From positions 2,244 through 66,243 of the forward strand of contig VMRY01000015.1 of NCBI GenBank assembly GCA_007713595.1: a DNA stretch of 64,000 nucleotides, read 5' to 3'. Positions 33,324 through 44,807 of this stretch are shown here, piece by piece. The DNA is from Sedimenticola thiotaurini. GTDB lineage: Bacteria > Pseudomonadota > Gammaproteobacteria > Chromatiales > Chromatiaceae. Both the position numbers and the translations under genes were made by a program. The notes beneath the pieces are model-generated. The model did no database searches. It was not told the origin of the DNA and was given only the letters and a program-made list of their open reading frames with translations. The first letter of the stretch is position 1, and every line of letters starts with the position of its first letter.

Positions 33324-34052
33324 TCAGTCTCGCCGCATCGACTTCCGCCCTTGGGCCGCACTGAGAATCCCACGTAAAATATTCAGTTCTTCGTGATCTG
33401 GGCGGGCACGAAAAAAAAGCCGGCGTAACCGACGCTGTAACTTCTCTGACTGCTGCGGATGACTAAACCCGGTCTCTTCCATCGTCTGCTGCAGATGCCT
33501 AAAAAAACCTTCCATCGCATCGGCTGTTGCCACTGCACTCTCCTCTTCAGCAGCAACCGGGGTTTGCTCCAGTGACTGCAGATGCACTTCATAGGCAATC
33601 ACCTGGAGTGCCTGGGCAATATTTAAGGAGCTGTACTCGGGGTTTGCCGGTATATGCACCAGGTACTGGCAACGGTCCAGTTCGCTATTTCGTAAGCCGG
33701 AACTCTCTCTGCCAAACAGAATAGCCACCTCCCCCTGTGTCGCCTCGCTCCAGACCTTCTCTGCACACTCTCTGGGACGCATCTGTGGCCACTCAACCGT
33801 TCTGAGTCGTGCACTGGCACCTACCACCAGCCTGCATCCCTGCAGCGCCTCGTCCAGTGAATCATAGACCTTGCACTGTTCGAGAATGCTGTCAGCACCA
33901 GCAGCCCGTGCTGTGGCCTCAGCACTTGGATAGGATCGAGGTGATACCAGACATAGATTCTCCAATGCCATATTCTTCATGGCACGGGCAGCGGCACCAA
34001 TATTGCCTGGATGGGTTGTTTCGATAAGAACTATTTTGATGTTTTTCAGCAT
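33324..34052 (-). CDS. trmJ: tRNA C32/U32 2'-O-methyltransferase TrmJ (SPOUT)
   Basis: THPGNIGAAARAMKNM, FGRESSGL and YSSLNIAQA. Confidence 0.95.
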   Translation of the reverse strand: MLKNIKIVLIETTHPGNIGAAARAMKNMALENLCLVSPRSYPSAEATARAAGADSILEQCKVYDSLDEALQGCRLVVGASARLRTVEWPQMRPRECAEKVWSEATQGEVAILFGRESSGLRNSELDRCQYLVHIPANPEYSSLNIAQALQVIAYEVHLQSLEQTPVAAEEESAVATADAMEGFFRHLQQTMEETGFSHPQQSEKLQRRLRRLFFRARPDHEELNILRGILSAAQGRKSMRRD

Positions 34053-34177
34053 AGAGGCGAAGCGTACATCAATCCAGGTGATTTCTCAGCCAAGAGTGAG
34101 CCCAGAAGCTAAAAATGTTGCCATTCAACCGCATTTTTTCTTTATTACAGGCCGCCGTTCATGTATCTTCCACCGCC

Positions 34178-34975
34178 ATGCACCCAATGATGAATATCGC
34201 TGTCCGCGCAGCACGTAGCGCCGGCAACATACTGCTCCGTTATTACGAGCGAGCCGATACCCTGACGATCACACAGAAGGGGATGAATGACTTTGTCTCT
34301 GAAGTGGACAGGGCATCTGAACAGGCTATTATCGACACGCTTCGCGGCTCATATCCTAACCATGCCATCCTTGCCGAGGAGAGTGGCAGCCATACTGGCA
34401 ACGAATATCAGTGGATCATCGATCCGCTTGACGGCACCACAAACTATTTGCATGGCTTTCCGCAGTTCTCTATCTCCATCGCGCTGAAGCACAAAGGTGT
34501 TCTGGAGCATGGCCTGGTCTATGACCCACTGCGTGATGAGATGTTTACAGCCAGCCGCGGCGATGGCGCACTGCTGAATGACCGTCGGCTGCGCGTTACA
34601 AATAGAAAAACCTTGCAAGGGGCACTTCTGGGAACAGGCTTTCCCTTTCGCGATCAATCCAACCTGGATGCCTATCTAGGCATGTTCCGGGCACTGATAA
34701 AAGATACCGCAGGCATCCGCCGACCCGGTTCAGCTGCACTTGATCTCGCTTATGTTGCCGCTGGCCGTCTGGATGGCTTCTGGGAACTGGGTCTTGCCGA
34801 ATGGGATTTTGCCGCCGGTGCTCTGCTGGTCAAGGAGGCAGGTGGAACCGTCTCTGATATCAACGGCGGTGGGCGCTTTATGGAAACAGGTAACCTTATA
34901 GCTGGTGGACTGAGACTCCATTCAGCCATGACAACGGCCATTCGCCCCCACCTCACAGACCGCATCCGCTCCTGA
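34178..34975 (+). CDS. suhB: Inositol monophosphatase SuhB
   Basis: MHPMMNIAVRAAR, WIIDPLDGTTN and WDFAAG. Confidence 0.97.
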   Translation: MHPMMNIAVRAARSAGNILLRYYERADTLTITQKGMNDFVSEVDRASEQAIIDTLRGSYPNHAILAEESGSHTGNEYQWIIDPLDGTTNYLHGFPQFSISIALKHKGVLEHGLVYDPLRDEMFTASRGDGALLNDRRLRVTNRKTLQGALLGTGFPFRDQSNLDAYLGMFRALIKDTAGIRRPGSAALDLAYVAAGRLDGFWELGLAEWDFAAGALLVKEAGGTVSDINGGGRFMETGNLIAGGLRLHSAMTTAIRPHLTDRIRS

Positions 34976-35144
34976 TACCATTATTGATGACCGGGTTGCC
35001 TGACATAAATCAGAAAGCCCGGTTATTGCTGTCTACCGACTCACAAATAGCCACAAGCCCCTCAAGTTTCCCTGACCGATACCGATAACCGGTTTAAATC
35101 AGCAGGGATTCATTCTCCCTGTAGTTACTGGAGAGAAGGGCATC

Positions 35145-35390
35145 ATGAAGGACAATCCAGACACGACAACAACTGTCAGTGACCGCGCACTCGAGATGAT
35201 CATGCGTGACGTACTGGACGGTCTATTTGAACTCTCCCTGGAATCATCCTTCGCTGCTCACTGCGGTGATGTCGAAATTCTGGCGATTCAACCTGAGCAG
35301 GCAGTCAGCCAGAATCAAGATCTGCTTGAAGCGGAAAAACCTAACGCGGATATCATTGAATTTCCAGGTTATAAACGCGCCTACGGTTAA
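35145..35390 (+). CDS. Small acidic hypothetical protein
   Basis: GGAGA/AAGGG RBS; followed by a terminator; C-terminal IIEFP. Confidence 0.6.
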   Translation: MKDNPDTTTTVSDRALEMIMRDVLDGLFELSLESSFAAHCGDVEILAIQPEQAVSQNQDLLEAEKPNADIIEFPGYKRAYG

Positions 35391-35409
35391 CTTCGAAGAT
35401 ATTCCAGAC

Positions 35410-35447
35410 AAAAAAAGCGCGCCGGTTTTAATCAGCGCGCTTTTTTT
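35410..35447. terminator. Bidirectional intrinsic terminator
   Basis: A7-GCGCGC...GCGCGC-T7 between convergent genes. Confidence 0.85.
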
Positions 35448-35461
35448 GTTTAAAGCTCCCC

Positions 35462-36400
35462 TTAAGGCTCTGCGTCTACTTGGCCGCCCTCTTTAGCGAC
35501 AGGCATCAGATCAGCCTTGCTGATTCCAAGCATTAAGACCGCAGTACTTGCCACATAGATAGAAGAGTAAGTTCCCACCACAATACCGATAATCAGTGCA
35601 AAAGCAAAACCGTGGATAATCTCACCACCAAACACGAAAAGGGCAATCAGCACCAACAGGGTGGTCATGGAAGTCATCAAGGTACGGGATAGCGTCTGAT
35701 TCAGAGAGCTATTGATTATCTCTGCAGCCCCGCCCTTGCGCATCTTGCGGAAATTTTCCCGAATGCGGTCAAAGACCACGATAGTGTCATTCAGTGAGTA
35801 ACCGATAACCGCCAACACAGCAGCCAGCACCGTCAGGTCAAACTCAATCTGAAACAGGGAAAAAATACCGATGGTGATCAGTACATCGTGAATCAGTGCT
35901 ATGACTGAACCCAGAGCAAAACGATACTCAAAGCGCAGCGCAACATAAGCCAGAATGCCGATCAGGGCATAGAGAACCGCGAGTCCACCATCCTCAGTTA
36001 AATCATCACCTACCTGCGGTCCGACAAACTCGACCCGCCGCAGGGTGGCTTCACCAGCATCGGCCTGTTTAAGAGCCGCAAAAGCGCGATCACTCAGCTG
36101 GGCACCCTGCAATTCAGCCTGCGGGGACAGTCTGACCAAAACATCTTTCGAGGTACCGAAATGCTGTACTGTGGCATCACCAAATCCTCCAGACTGAAGG
36201 ACTTCCCGCACCTTGGAAAGCTCTGCCGCCTCCTGATAGCCCACCTCAATCAGCGTACCACCGGTAAAATCGATACCCAGACTAAGCCCTCTCAGCACGA
36301 TAGCTCCCAGCGAGATGAGCATCAGTAGAATAGAGAAGTACATGGCCAGCTTGCGCTTGCCCATGAAGTCGATATGAGTGTTCTTTTTAAAGATCTGCAT
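35462..36400 (-). CDS. secF: Protein translocase subunit SecF
   Basis: LGIDFTGGT, VGPQVG and GYSLNDTIVVFDRIREN. Confidence 0.98.
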   Translation of the reverse strand: MQIFKKNTHIDFMGKRKLAMYFSILLMLISLGAIVLRGLSLGIDFTGGTLIEVGYQEAAELSKVREVLQSGGFGDATVQHFGTSKDVLVRLSPQAELQGAQLSDRAFAALKQADAGEATLRRVEFVGPQVGDDLTEDGGLAVLYALIGILAYVALRFEYRFALGSVIALIHDVLITIGIFSLFQIEFDLTVLAAVLAVIGYSLNDTIVVFDRIRENFRKMRKGGAAEIINSSLNQTLSRTLMTSMTTLLVLIALFVFGGEIIHGFAFALIIGIVVGTYSSIYVASTAVLMLGISKADLMPVAKEGGQVDAEP

Positions 36401-36414
36401 CAGCGTTGCTCTAC

Positions 36415-38268
36415 TCAGATACTCAGCTTGGCGACCCGCTTGCCGCCATAAACTAGGTTAACGATGGCTCGGGTGCCGACAATCGCAGTAAACATCGAGG
36501 TCAGGATGCCGATAAACAGCGTCACCGCAAAGCCCTTGATTGGCCCGGTACCGAAACTGAACAGTACCACCGCCGCGATCAACGTGGTGATATTGGCATC
36601 CACAATGGTGGAAAGCGCTTTTTCATAACCCGCATAGATACTCGCCTGGGGCGTACTGCCAACACCAATCTCTTCCCGAATACGCTCGAAGATCAGTACG
36701 TTTGCATCCACAGCCATACCCACTGTCAGCACGATACCGGCAATACCGGGTAAGGTCAGTGTCGCCTGCAGCATGGAGAGTACCGCCACAATGAACACCA
36801 GGTTCATCAGCAAGGCCAGATTGGCTACGAGCCCAAACACCCTGTAGTAAACCACCATGAAAACCATAACCAGCGCAAGACCGATCACTACCGAGGCAAA
36901 GCCCTGATCGATATTGTCTTGCCCAAGACTCGGTCCAATGGTCCGCTCCTCAATGATATCGATGGGTGCAGCCAGTGCGCCTGCCCTTAGCAGGAGCGCC
37001 AGATCATGGGCCTCCGCAGGGCTGTCCAGACCAGTCGTTTGGAAACGCCGACCAAACGGTTCCAGGATATTGGCGACACTGATCACCTCTTCCACTTGAA
37101 CCTTCCGGGTCACCGGTTCACCATCTACGATACGGGTATCTTTACGTGTTTCAATAAAGACAACCGCCATCGGCTTGTTGACGTTTTCCGTAGTGACAGT
37201 ACGCATCCGACGTGCGCCCTGGCTATCCAGACTGACCGAGACCATGGGGCCACCACTGCGCTGATCAAATCCGGACGAGGCATCGGTAATCTGATTACCG
37301 GTCACAATCACCCGCTTCTGCAGTAGAATCGGCCGACCATCACGTGTTTTATAGAGTTTTGAACCGGGAGGAACCTTCCCTGCCAACGCGTCCTCAACAC
37401 TGTGCTCTGTATCTTCCAGGCGATATTCAAGCGTGGCCGTCGCACCAAGAAGTTCTTTGAGTTTCGAAGGATCCTGCGCACCAGGCAGTTGCACTACGAT
37501 TCGACGATCGCCCTGCTGCTGAATGACCGGCTCAGAGACACCCAGTGCGTTGACGCGATTACGCAGCGTCGTGATATTTTGATCAAGCGCGAATTTTTTA
37601 ACCGCCCGCTGTTCTGTCGGACTCAGTTTTGCCGTTATCAGGTAATCGCCTTCATCATCCTTTGATTCCAGAATCAGGTCACGAAACCCATCTCCGATAA
37701 CTTCCAGCGCCTTATCGCGGACATCAGCCTCTTTGAACTTGATGACAATCAGGTCTCCCTCAATCGAGGGTCTGGAGCCACGCAGTTTTTTGTCACGCAG
37801 CTCTGTCCGTATATCGCCGGTATAACGCTCCATTGCCTGTGCCAGTGCAGCGTCCATATCCACATCAATCAAGACATGGATACCACCCCGCAGATCCAGT
37901 CCCAGATACATGGGCAATGCACCCATGCTCCGTAGCCAGCCAGGGACATCGGTCGATAGCGTCAATGCCTGCGTATAATCACCACCCAGAGTGGTTTCCA
38001 GGAGCTCTTTCGCTCGCAACTGGCTTTCAGAGTCCTGAAAACGGACCAGCAGTTTATTATCGCCAGACTTAGTCGACTTGATCGCGATATTAGCCCCAGA
38101 CAGGGCAGTTCGAATTGTCGTTTCAGTCTGAGCATCAACGGAAGCACGACGGCTGCCACTGATCTCCAGCGAAGGGTCCTGATCAAAGACGTTGGGCATG
38201 GCATAGATCAGTCCAATCAGCGCCAGCACCACTACTAGGATGTTCTTCCAGAGAGGATATCGGTTCAT
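36415..38268 (-). CDS. secD: Protein translocase subunit SecD
   Basis: LGLDLRGG, IGPSLG and GMAVDANVLIFERIREE. Confidence 0.98.
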   Translation of the reverse strand: MNRYPLWKNILVVVLALIGLIYAMPNVFDQDPSLEISGSRRASVDAQTETTIRTALSGANIAIKSTKSGDNKLLVRFQDSESQLRAKELLETTLGGDYTQALTLSTDVPGWLRSMGALPMYLGLDLRGGIHVLIDVDMDAALAQAMERYTGDIRTELRDKKLRGSRPSIEGDLIVIKFKEADVRDKALEVIGDGFRDLILESKDDEGDYLITAKLSPTEQRAVKKFALDQNITTLRNRVNALGVSEPVIQQQGDRRIVVQLPGAQDPSKLKELLGATATLEYRLEDTEHSVEDALAGKVPPGSKLYKTRDGRPILLQKRVIVTGNQITDASSGFDQRSGGPMVSVSLDSQGARRMRTVTTENVNKPMAVVFIETRKDTRIVDGEPVTRKVQVEEVISVANILEPFGRRFQTTGLDSPAEAHDLALLLRAGALAAPIDIIEERTIGPSLGQDNIDQGFASVVIGLALVMVFMVVYYRVFGLVANLALLMNLVFIVAVLSMLQATLTLPGIAGIVLTVGMAVDANVLIFERIREEIGVGSTPQASIYAGYEKALSTIVDANITTLIAAVVLFSFGTGPIKGFAVTLFIGILTSMFTAIVGTRAIVNLVYGGKRVAKLSI

Positions 38269-38370
38269 CGTTATCTATTATTGTGGAAGCTCTAAGTGAT
38301 CAAACCAGCAATCTCTGGTCGAACCCCTTATGACAAAAAAGTCAGTCGCAAGGGACTGACTCATGATTTC

Positions 38371-38703
38371 TTACAGCTCTTTCAGCGTGCCTTTCGGCAT
38401 GATTGCTGATATAGCCTGACGGCGGATCTTGACTTCAACCCCTTCCGCGATTTCTACCTTGGCAAAATTTTCACCCAGGTCAGATATCCGGCCCATCAAA
38501 CCACCTTCAGTCTGCACCTCATCACCCTTTGCCAGAGTTTCAACCAGCTTGCGATGCTCTTTCTGGCGTTTCATCTGCGGACGAATCATCAGGAAATAGA
38601 GCATGATAATCAGGCCGATCGGCAAGATCAGCCCTTCTAAACCCGGTGCTCCTGCACCGCCTTCGGCGGCCTGAGCCATGGCATCTGAAACAAAGAAACT
38701 CAT
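38371..38703 (-). CDS. yajC: Preprotein translocase subunit YajC
   Basis: YFLMIRPQMKRQKEH and KGDEV.T.GG. Confidence 0.97.
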   Translation of the reverse strand: MSFFVSDAMAQAAEGGAGAPGLEGLILPIGLIIMLYFLMIRPQMKRQKEHRKLVETLAKGDEVQTEGGLMGRISDLGENFAKVEIAEGVEVKIRRQAISAIMPKGTLKEL

Positions 38704-38894
38704 GGTGCTTTTACCTTAAGTCAAGTGGTCAAAATGTACTGATTCGGCACGGACCACACCGCGCAGGAATCACAAGCGGCGCATTATGCCACAGTTGTTG
38801 GAATTAAAGAATTTCTGGTATCTAAATATATGTGTCATATAACAGCCAATCACATCTAGATAGGGACAAAGAAGACACTATTCAAGTTCCCCCA

Positions 38895-39992
<1,098 letters not shown>

Positions 39993-40021
39993 TCATATCA
40001 ACATAAATGAAATTTAATTTC

Positions 40022-40142
40022 TTGACACAGTGCAGCATATATTAGAAACTGGTCATGTACTGAAGAACAGCTCAGTACACACTCCTCCATCCTCCTTTGG
40101 TGGATATATTTAACGCGGCAATCCACTTGCCGCGTTTTTTTT
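40022..40142 (+). ncRNA. Candidate sRNA (about 40057-40142) antisense to the queA-tgt direction, with its putative promoter
   Basis: TTGACA at 40022; hairpin GTACTGA/TCAGTAC; hairpin presenting a CTCCTTT loop; GC-rich hairpin followed by T8 on the + strand. Confidence 0.6.
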
Positions 40143-40151
40143 GTCTCGGTT

Positions 40152-41183
40152 TTAGGCCTGGCCAACCCGCTCAAGCAGCATCGCATCACCATAACTGAAA
40201 AAGCGATAGCGTTGTTCCACTGCATGCCGATAGGCCGCCATAATTCGCTCATAGCCCGAAAAAGCAGAGACCAACATCAGCAGGGTCGATTCAGGTAGGT
40301 GGAAATTAGTCACCATGGCATCAACACTGCGAAATTTATATCCGGGCGTAATAAAGAGCCGAGTGTCGCCATAGAATGGGTTGATTTCACCCTCCTGAGA
40401 GGCAGACTCAAGACTGCGCACGCTGGTGGTGCCCACTGCAATCACCCGCCCACCGCGCGTCCGTGTCGCCCTCACCTGTTCACAGACTGCCTCACTCACC
40501 TCAACATACTCACTGTGCATGACATGCTCTTCCAGCCGATCCACCCTGACCGGCCGAAAAGTCCCCGCCCCAACGTGCAGGGTTACATGGGCTTGTTCAA
40601 CACCTAAATCATCCAGCCTAGTCAACATCGCCTGATCGAAATGGAGTCCTGCAGTAGGGGCAGCCACCGCCCCCTCTCGACGCGAATAGACGGTCTGATA
40701 GCGCTCTACATCGAGTGCCTCATCATCACGCTCGATATAGGGCGGGAGAGGAATATGCCCGGACTGCGCCATGAGACTGGGCAGATCCAATTCAACTGCA
40801 GCTACCAGAAACAGATCATCCTCGCGTCCAAGCACTTCCAAAACGCCACCACCATCCAGCAAGATAAGGTTCCCCGGCTTGGGTGATTTGCTCGCTTTAA
40901 TATGAGCAAGTCCCCGCTCTGGCTCCAGCACCCGCTCGATTAGCAGTTCAACACGCCCACCACTCTCCTTCCGACCATAAAGTCTGGCGCGCATCACCCG
41001 GGTATCATTAAACACCAGCAGATCACCTGGATTGAGCAAGCTAGGCAGATCGGTGAACTGACGATCGACTGCCTCCTGCACTCCCGCAGGCAGGTGGAGC
41101 AGACGGCTATCCTGCCTGTTCCGGGTAGGAAACTGGGCAATCAGCTCATCAGGCAGTTCATAATGGAAATCAGATGTTTGCAT
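40152..41183 (-). CDS. queA: S-adenosylmethionine:tRNA ribosyltransferase-isomerase
   Basis: [23 protein letters not shown] and [10 protein letters not shown]. Confidence 0.99.
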   Translation of the reverse strand: MQTSDFHYELPDELIAQFPTRNRQDSRLLHLPAGVQEAVDRQFTDLPSLLNPGDLLVFNDTRVMRARLYGRKESGGRVELLIERVLEPERGLAHIKASKSPKPGNLILLDGGGVLEVLGREDDLFLVAAVELDLPSLMAQSGHIPLPPYIERDDEALDVERYQTVYSRREGAVAAPTAGLHFDQAMLTRLDDLGVEQAHVTLHVGAGTFRPVRVDRLEEHVMHSEYVEVSEAVCEQVRATRTRGGRVIAVGTTSVRSLESASQEGEINPFYGDTRLFITPGYKFRSVDAMVTNFHLPESTLLMLVSAFSGYERIMAAYRHAVEQRYRFFSYGDAMLLERVGQA

Positions 41184-41288
41184 GGGGGCGGAATATTACC
41201 ATAGAGAACGCCTCCGCCAAGGCTATATATTGAGTATCACAGGGGATTGCACAGATTGGGGAAATGATTATACTACGCCTTCCCTCAT

Positions 41289-41375
41289 GCCGGGGTGGTG
41301 AAATTGGTAGACACAGGGGATTCAAAATCCCCCGGGGGCAACCCCTTGTCGGTTCGAGTCCGACCCTCGGTACCA
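41289..41375 (+). tRNA. tRNA-Leu(CAA)
   Basis: 87-nt cloverleaf with long variable arm; anticodon stem GGGGA/TCCCC with loop TTCAAAA; GGTTCGAGTCC T-arm; encoded CCA. Confidence 0.97.
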
Positions 41376-41383
41376 GACCTGCT

Positions 41384-41442
41384 AAACACTCGACTTGCGG
41401 AAAGCTTACCCTCAAACACAAGCTTTCCGCGTTCGGGTGTTT
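41384..41442 (+). terminator. Long nested hairpin 3' of tRNA-Leu
   Basis: AAACACTCGA/TCGGGTGTTT outer stem and GCGGAAAGCTT/AAGCTTTCCGC inner stem, followed by a T-rich tail. Confidence 0.6.
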
Positions 41443-41738
41443 TCTTTAGATCTAATCCTTATTGGCATAAACCCGCAAACAGACGTGGCCAACAGCCTCA
41501 CACTTAATCTTTAGCCAATCATCATCAACAAGTTCGACAGCTCGATTTTCAGTCTCGTAAAGAGCCAAATCGACTGTGAATCAGTCAAATCAGACTAAAT
41601 TAATTCCATAAGAAAGCTGCAATACAATCTGAATTATATTCTTTATGTCATTGATAGCATTGCAATGAACATTCATTTCATGCTACTAAACTATAGAAGC
41701 AGTAACACTACTAAAACTATAGCTGCGGGAAATAGAGG

Positions 41739-43673
41739 ATGGAGTTCAACACGAATAAAGAGCATGGTGGACTGGTCACATCTACCGTTCGAGGGAACAG
41801 AACCAGTGCAACCCCGGTAAATGATTGCATTGTTCAATCCTGGAAACGTTGTCTTGAGGATTATGATCTCGATCCTGAACGACGACCTGAACCGGTGGTG
41901 GTTGACAGATCGGAACTCAAAGAGCGCCAGGAAAAATCCTGCAGGCTGGTGGAGATCGCCCGCTCAGAGATGACCAATCTCTATCAGCAGGTGGCAGGTT
42001 CTGGGCACTCCATTCTGCTCACTGACAATGACGGTGTCGTACTCAATTATGTCGGTGATCCAATGTTCACCAATACCGCCGTCAAGACAGCACTGCAGAC
42101 GGGTGCGATCTGGAGTGAAAAGACCCAGGGCACCAACGGTATGGGTACCTGCCTAGTTGAGAAAAGGCCACTGATTATTCATCAGGATGAGCACTTCTTT
42201 TCAAAGAACACCCGGCTGACCTGCTCGGCTGCACCCATCTTCGATCCAACCGGTGAACTGGTGGCAGTCCTGGATGCCTCTGGTGAATCCAGACAAGCCC
42301 AACAACACACCATGGTGTTGGTCAACATGTCGGCACAGTTGATCGAGAACCGTCTGTTTCTCTGCAAGATGCGGGACAACTATATACTGCGTTTCCACAG
42401 TCGGCCGGAATTCATCAGCACGCTCGGTGAAGGGGTCATTGCCTTCAATGAAGAGGGACGCATTCAGGCCGCCAACCGTAGCGCCCTGTTCCAACTCGAC
42501 ATGAAAGATATTATAGGTCGCCCCTTCGAAGAGTTGTTTAGTCTTCGAACCAATCATGCACTTAGCAATGCACAGAATCAGGCGATGGTGCCCCTACCCG
42601 TGCGGGACGCCAATCAGGGCAGACGTTTCTATGCAAGCTTCCAACCGCCCAATCCAGACACGGGCGGTAAACGACCCATTGCCCGCTCGGCCCGTGCATT
42701 TGTCAAAGAGACGATCAGCGAAACACCCACTCTGGAAGATCTCGAATTTGGCGACAACCGCATGCGCCACAATATCGAGCGAGCAAAAAAGCTGCTGGAA
42801 CTGGATATCCCCTTTATCCTGCTGGGCGAAACCGGCTCGGGCAAAGATGTATTCGCCAATGCCGTACATAAGACCAGCAGCCGGGCAAATAAACCCTTTG
42901 TCGCGGTCAACTGCGCTTCACTACCTGAGACTCTGATCGAGAGCGAGCTATTCGGTTATCGCCCCGGCGCCTTTACCGGAGCCAGTAAGGAGGGCTCACG
43001 GGGAAAGATCGCCCAGGCCCATGGTGGCACCCTGTTCCTGGATGAGATCGGTGATATGCCGCTGCATCTGCAGGCGCGGCTGTTACGGGTACTGGAAGAG
43101 CGTGAAGTGATACCGCTGGGTAGTGAAACACCGATCAAGGTGGATATACGCCTGATCAGCGCCACCCATCAGAACCTTCAACTGCAGATCGAAGATGGCA
43201 GTTTCCGGGAGGATCTTTTCTACCGGCTGAATGGCATCAGCCTGCAGATGCCGCCGCTGCGTGACAGGGAAGACCGGCGCGCCCTGATCCAGCATATCAA
43301 GCAACTGGAGGCTGGAGGCGAAGACAAAGTCGTCATTGATGACGAGGCACTGGATGCCCTGGAGCATTACGAGTGGCCCGGCAACATGCGCCAGCTACGC
43401 AATATCATGCGCACCCTGATCGGCCTCTGCGACAATAACCGCATAACGGTCGATGATCTGCCCGAAGAGATTTTTAGCAACAGCAGCGAGCTGGGTGAAC
43501 CGAGACAGCGAGTCAGACCCAGTAACCCGTTGGATATCGCCGAACGTGACGCGATCATTCGTGAACTGGAGGCCGCCCACTGGAATGTCACTCGGGTTGC
43601 CACGAAATTGAACATCAGCCGCAACACTCTGTACCGCAAAATGAAACGGTACGATGTAAAACCCCCACGCTAG
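41739..43673 (+). CDS. GAF-domain sigma54-dependent activator (AcoR/AcxR-like, Fis HTH)
   Basis: SW.RC GAF start, GTNGMGT, GETGSGKD, ESELFGY, GAFTGA, FLDEIGDM and SRNTLYRKM. Confidence 0.95.
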   Translation: MEFNTNKEHGGLVTSTVRGNRTSATPVNDCIVQSWKRCLEDYDLDPERRPEPVVVDRSELKERQEKSCRLVEIARSEMTNLYQQVAGSGHSILLTDNDGVVLNYVGDPMFTNTAVKTALQTGAIWSEKTQGTNGMGTCLVEKRPLIIHQDEHFFSKNTRLTCSAAPIFDPTGELVAVLDASGESRQAQQHTMVLVNMSAQLIENRLFLCKMRDNYILRFHSRPEFISTLGEGVIAFNEEGRIQAANRSALFQLDMKDIIGRPFEELFSLRTNHALSNAQNQAMVPLPVRDANQGRRFYASFQPPNPDTGGKRPIARSARAFVKETISETPTLEDLEFGDNRMRHNIERAKKLLELDIPFILLGETGSGKDVFANAVHKTSSRANKPFVAVNCASLPETLIESELFGYRPGAFTGASKEGSRGKIAQAHGGTLFLDEIGDMPLHLQARLLRVLEEREVIPLGSETPIKVDIRLISATHQNLQLQIEDGSFREDLFYRLNGISLQMPPLRDREDRRALIQHIKQLEAGGEDKVVIDDEALDALEHYEWPGNMRQLRNIMRTLIGLCDNNRITVDDLPEEIFSNSSELGEPRQRVRPSNPLDIAERDAIIRELEAAHWNVTRVATKLNISRNTLYRKMKRYDVKPPR

Positions 43674-43709
43674 AGCGACAATACCCTTCACAGCTTAAAT
43701 CTGCATAGT

Positions 43710-43725
43710 TGGCCCGAGCCTTGCA
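43710..43725 (+). promoter_or_regulatory. sigma54 (-24/-12) promoter
   Basis: TGGCCCGAGCCTTGCA has exact GG-N10-GC spacing, 40 nt upstream of the operon start. Confidence 0.75.
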
Positions 43726-43765
43726 CTCAGCATAGGCAAAGAGCCAACTTGCAGGTTAACGAACT

Positions 43766-44266
43766 ATGAGCCGCTTTGCTGTACGGGTCCATCCTGGCGA
43801 ACTCCATTTCAACGCCGCACACTTCATCACCTTCAACCAGTGCTGCGAAAACATTCATGGCCACAACTTCCACCTAAAACTGGAGGCGCAAGGTAACAAC
43901 ACCCTAGATGGGTTCGTTATTGATTTTGTTCAGTTAAACAGGCTGGCTGCCGAGATCTGCAGTGAACTGCATGACGGCGTACTCATCCCAACCCAGAGCA
44001 AAGAGGTGACACTGACCGAACGTGACAATGACATGCTGGAGATCCGCAGTTATGACAAGTGTTTCATCCTCAGTCGCTCCAGCTGCATTCTGTTGCCGAT
44101 AGCCAACACCACAGCCGAGATGCTCGCTTACCACATCAGCAATCGACTGATTGAATCACTCCAGGCGCATCAGGGCTTGGGGAATCTAAAAACCCTGGAA
44201 ATCGCCGTGGAAGAGGCGGACCAGCAGTGGGGCATCTATCAGTGTGAACTATCCCATGACGGATAA
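43766..44266 (+). CDS. COG0720 (PTPS/QueD-fold) pterin synthase with the C-E-x2-H-G-H motif
   Basis: FNAAHF, CENIHGHNF, VIDF and NTTAE. Confidence 0.88.
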   Translation: MSRFAVRVHPGELHFNAAHFITFNQCCENIHGHNFHLKLEAQGNNTLDGFVIDFVQLNRLAAEICSELHDGVLIPTQSKEVTLTERDNDMLEIRSYDKCFILSRSSCILLPIANTTAEMLAYHISNRLIESLQAHQGLGNLKTLEIAVEEADQQWGIYQCELSHDG

Positions 44267-44807
44267 AATACGCACAGCCTGGGCTATTACCGGCTCGGGC
44301 CACTACCTGAAAGAGTGCCTGACACTGGCGGAGCAGCTCCCCGATGTTGATCTGTTCCTGAGCAAGGCGGCGGCCGAAGTGTTGCAGGTCTATGGCTTTC
44401 CCATAAAAGCATTGAAACAGCGGTTTAAGATCTTTCACGACAGTACCGCCAGCGCACCACCTGTCGGCCTGTTTTATGAAGGTATCTATGAGCAATTGAT
44501 CGTCGCACCCGCCACCTCCAACAGCGTAGCCAAAATGGTCTGTGGCATTTCTGACTCACTGGTCACCAATGTCTATGCCCAGGCAGGTAAGTGTCGCATC
44601 CCCAGTATTGTATTTGCCTGCGATGCAGCACCAGAGATGGAGACAGAAGCACCCGGCGGCACCGTCATGGTCTATCCCCGGCGCATTGATCTGGAAAACA
44701 CCCAACGCCTGATGGATTTTGAATACACCCAAGTAGTCACCTCACTTCAGTCACTCAAGGATGCCATTGGCATACCGGCCCTATGTCAGAACATCTCCTC
44801 TTTCTGA
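44244..44807 (+). CDS. AfpA/DmrB-like flavoprotein (dihydromethanopterin reductase candidate)
   Basis: AWAITGSGH and APATSNSVAKMVCGISDSLVTN flavoprotein motifs; H4MPT context. The true start may be ATG 44259. Confidence 0.85.
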   Translation: MNYPMTDKIRTAWAITGSGHYLKECLTLAEQLPDVDLFLSKAAAEVLQVYGFPIKALKQRFKIFHDSTASAPPVGLFYEGIYEQLIVAPATSNSVAKMVCGISDSLVTNVYAQAGKCRIPSIVFACDAAPEMETEAPGGTVMVYPRRIDLENTQRLMDFEYTQVVTSLQSLKDAIGIPALCQNISSF

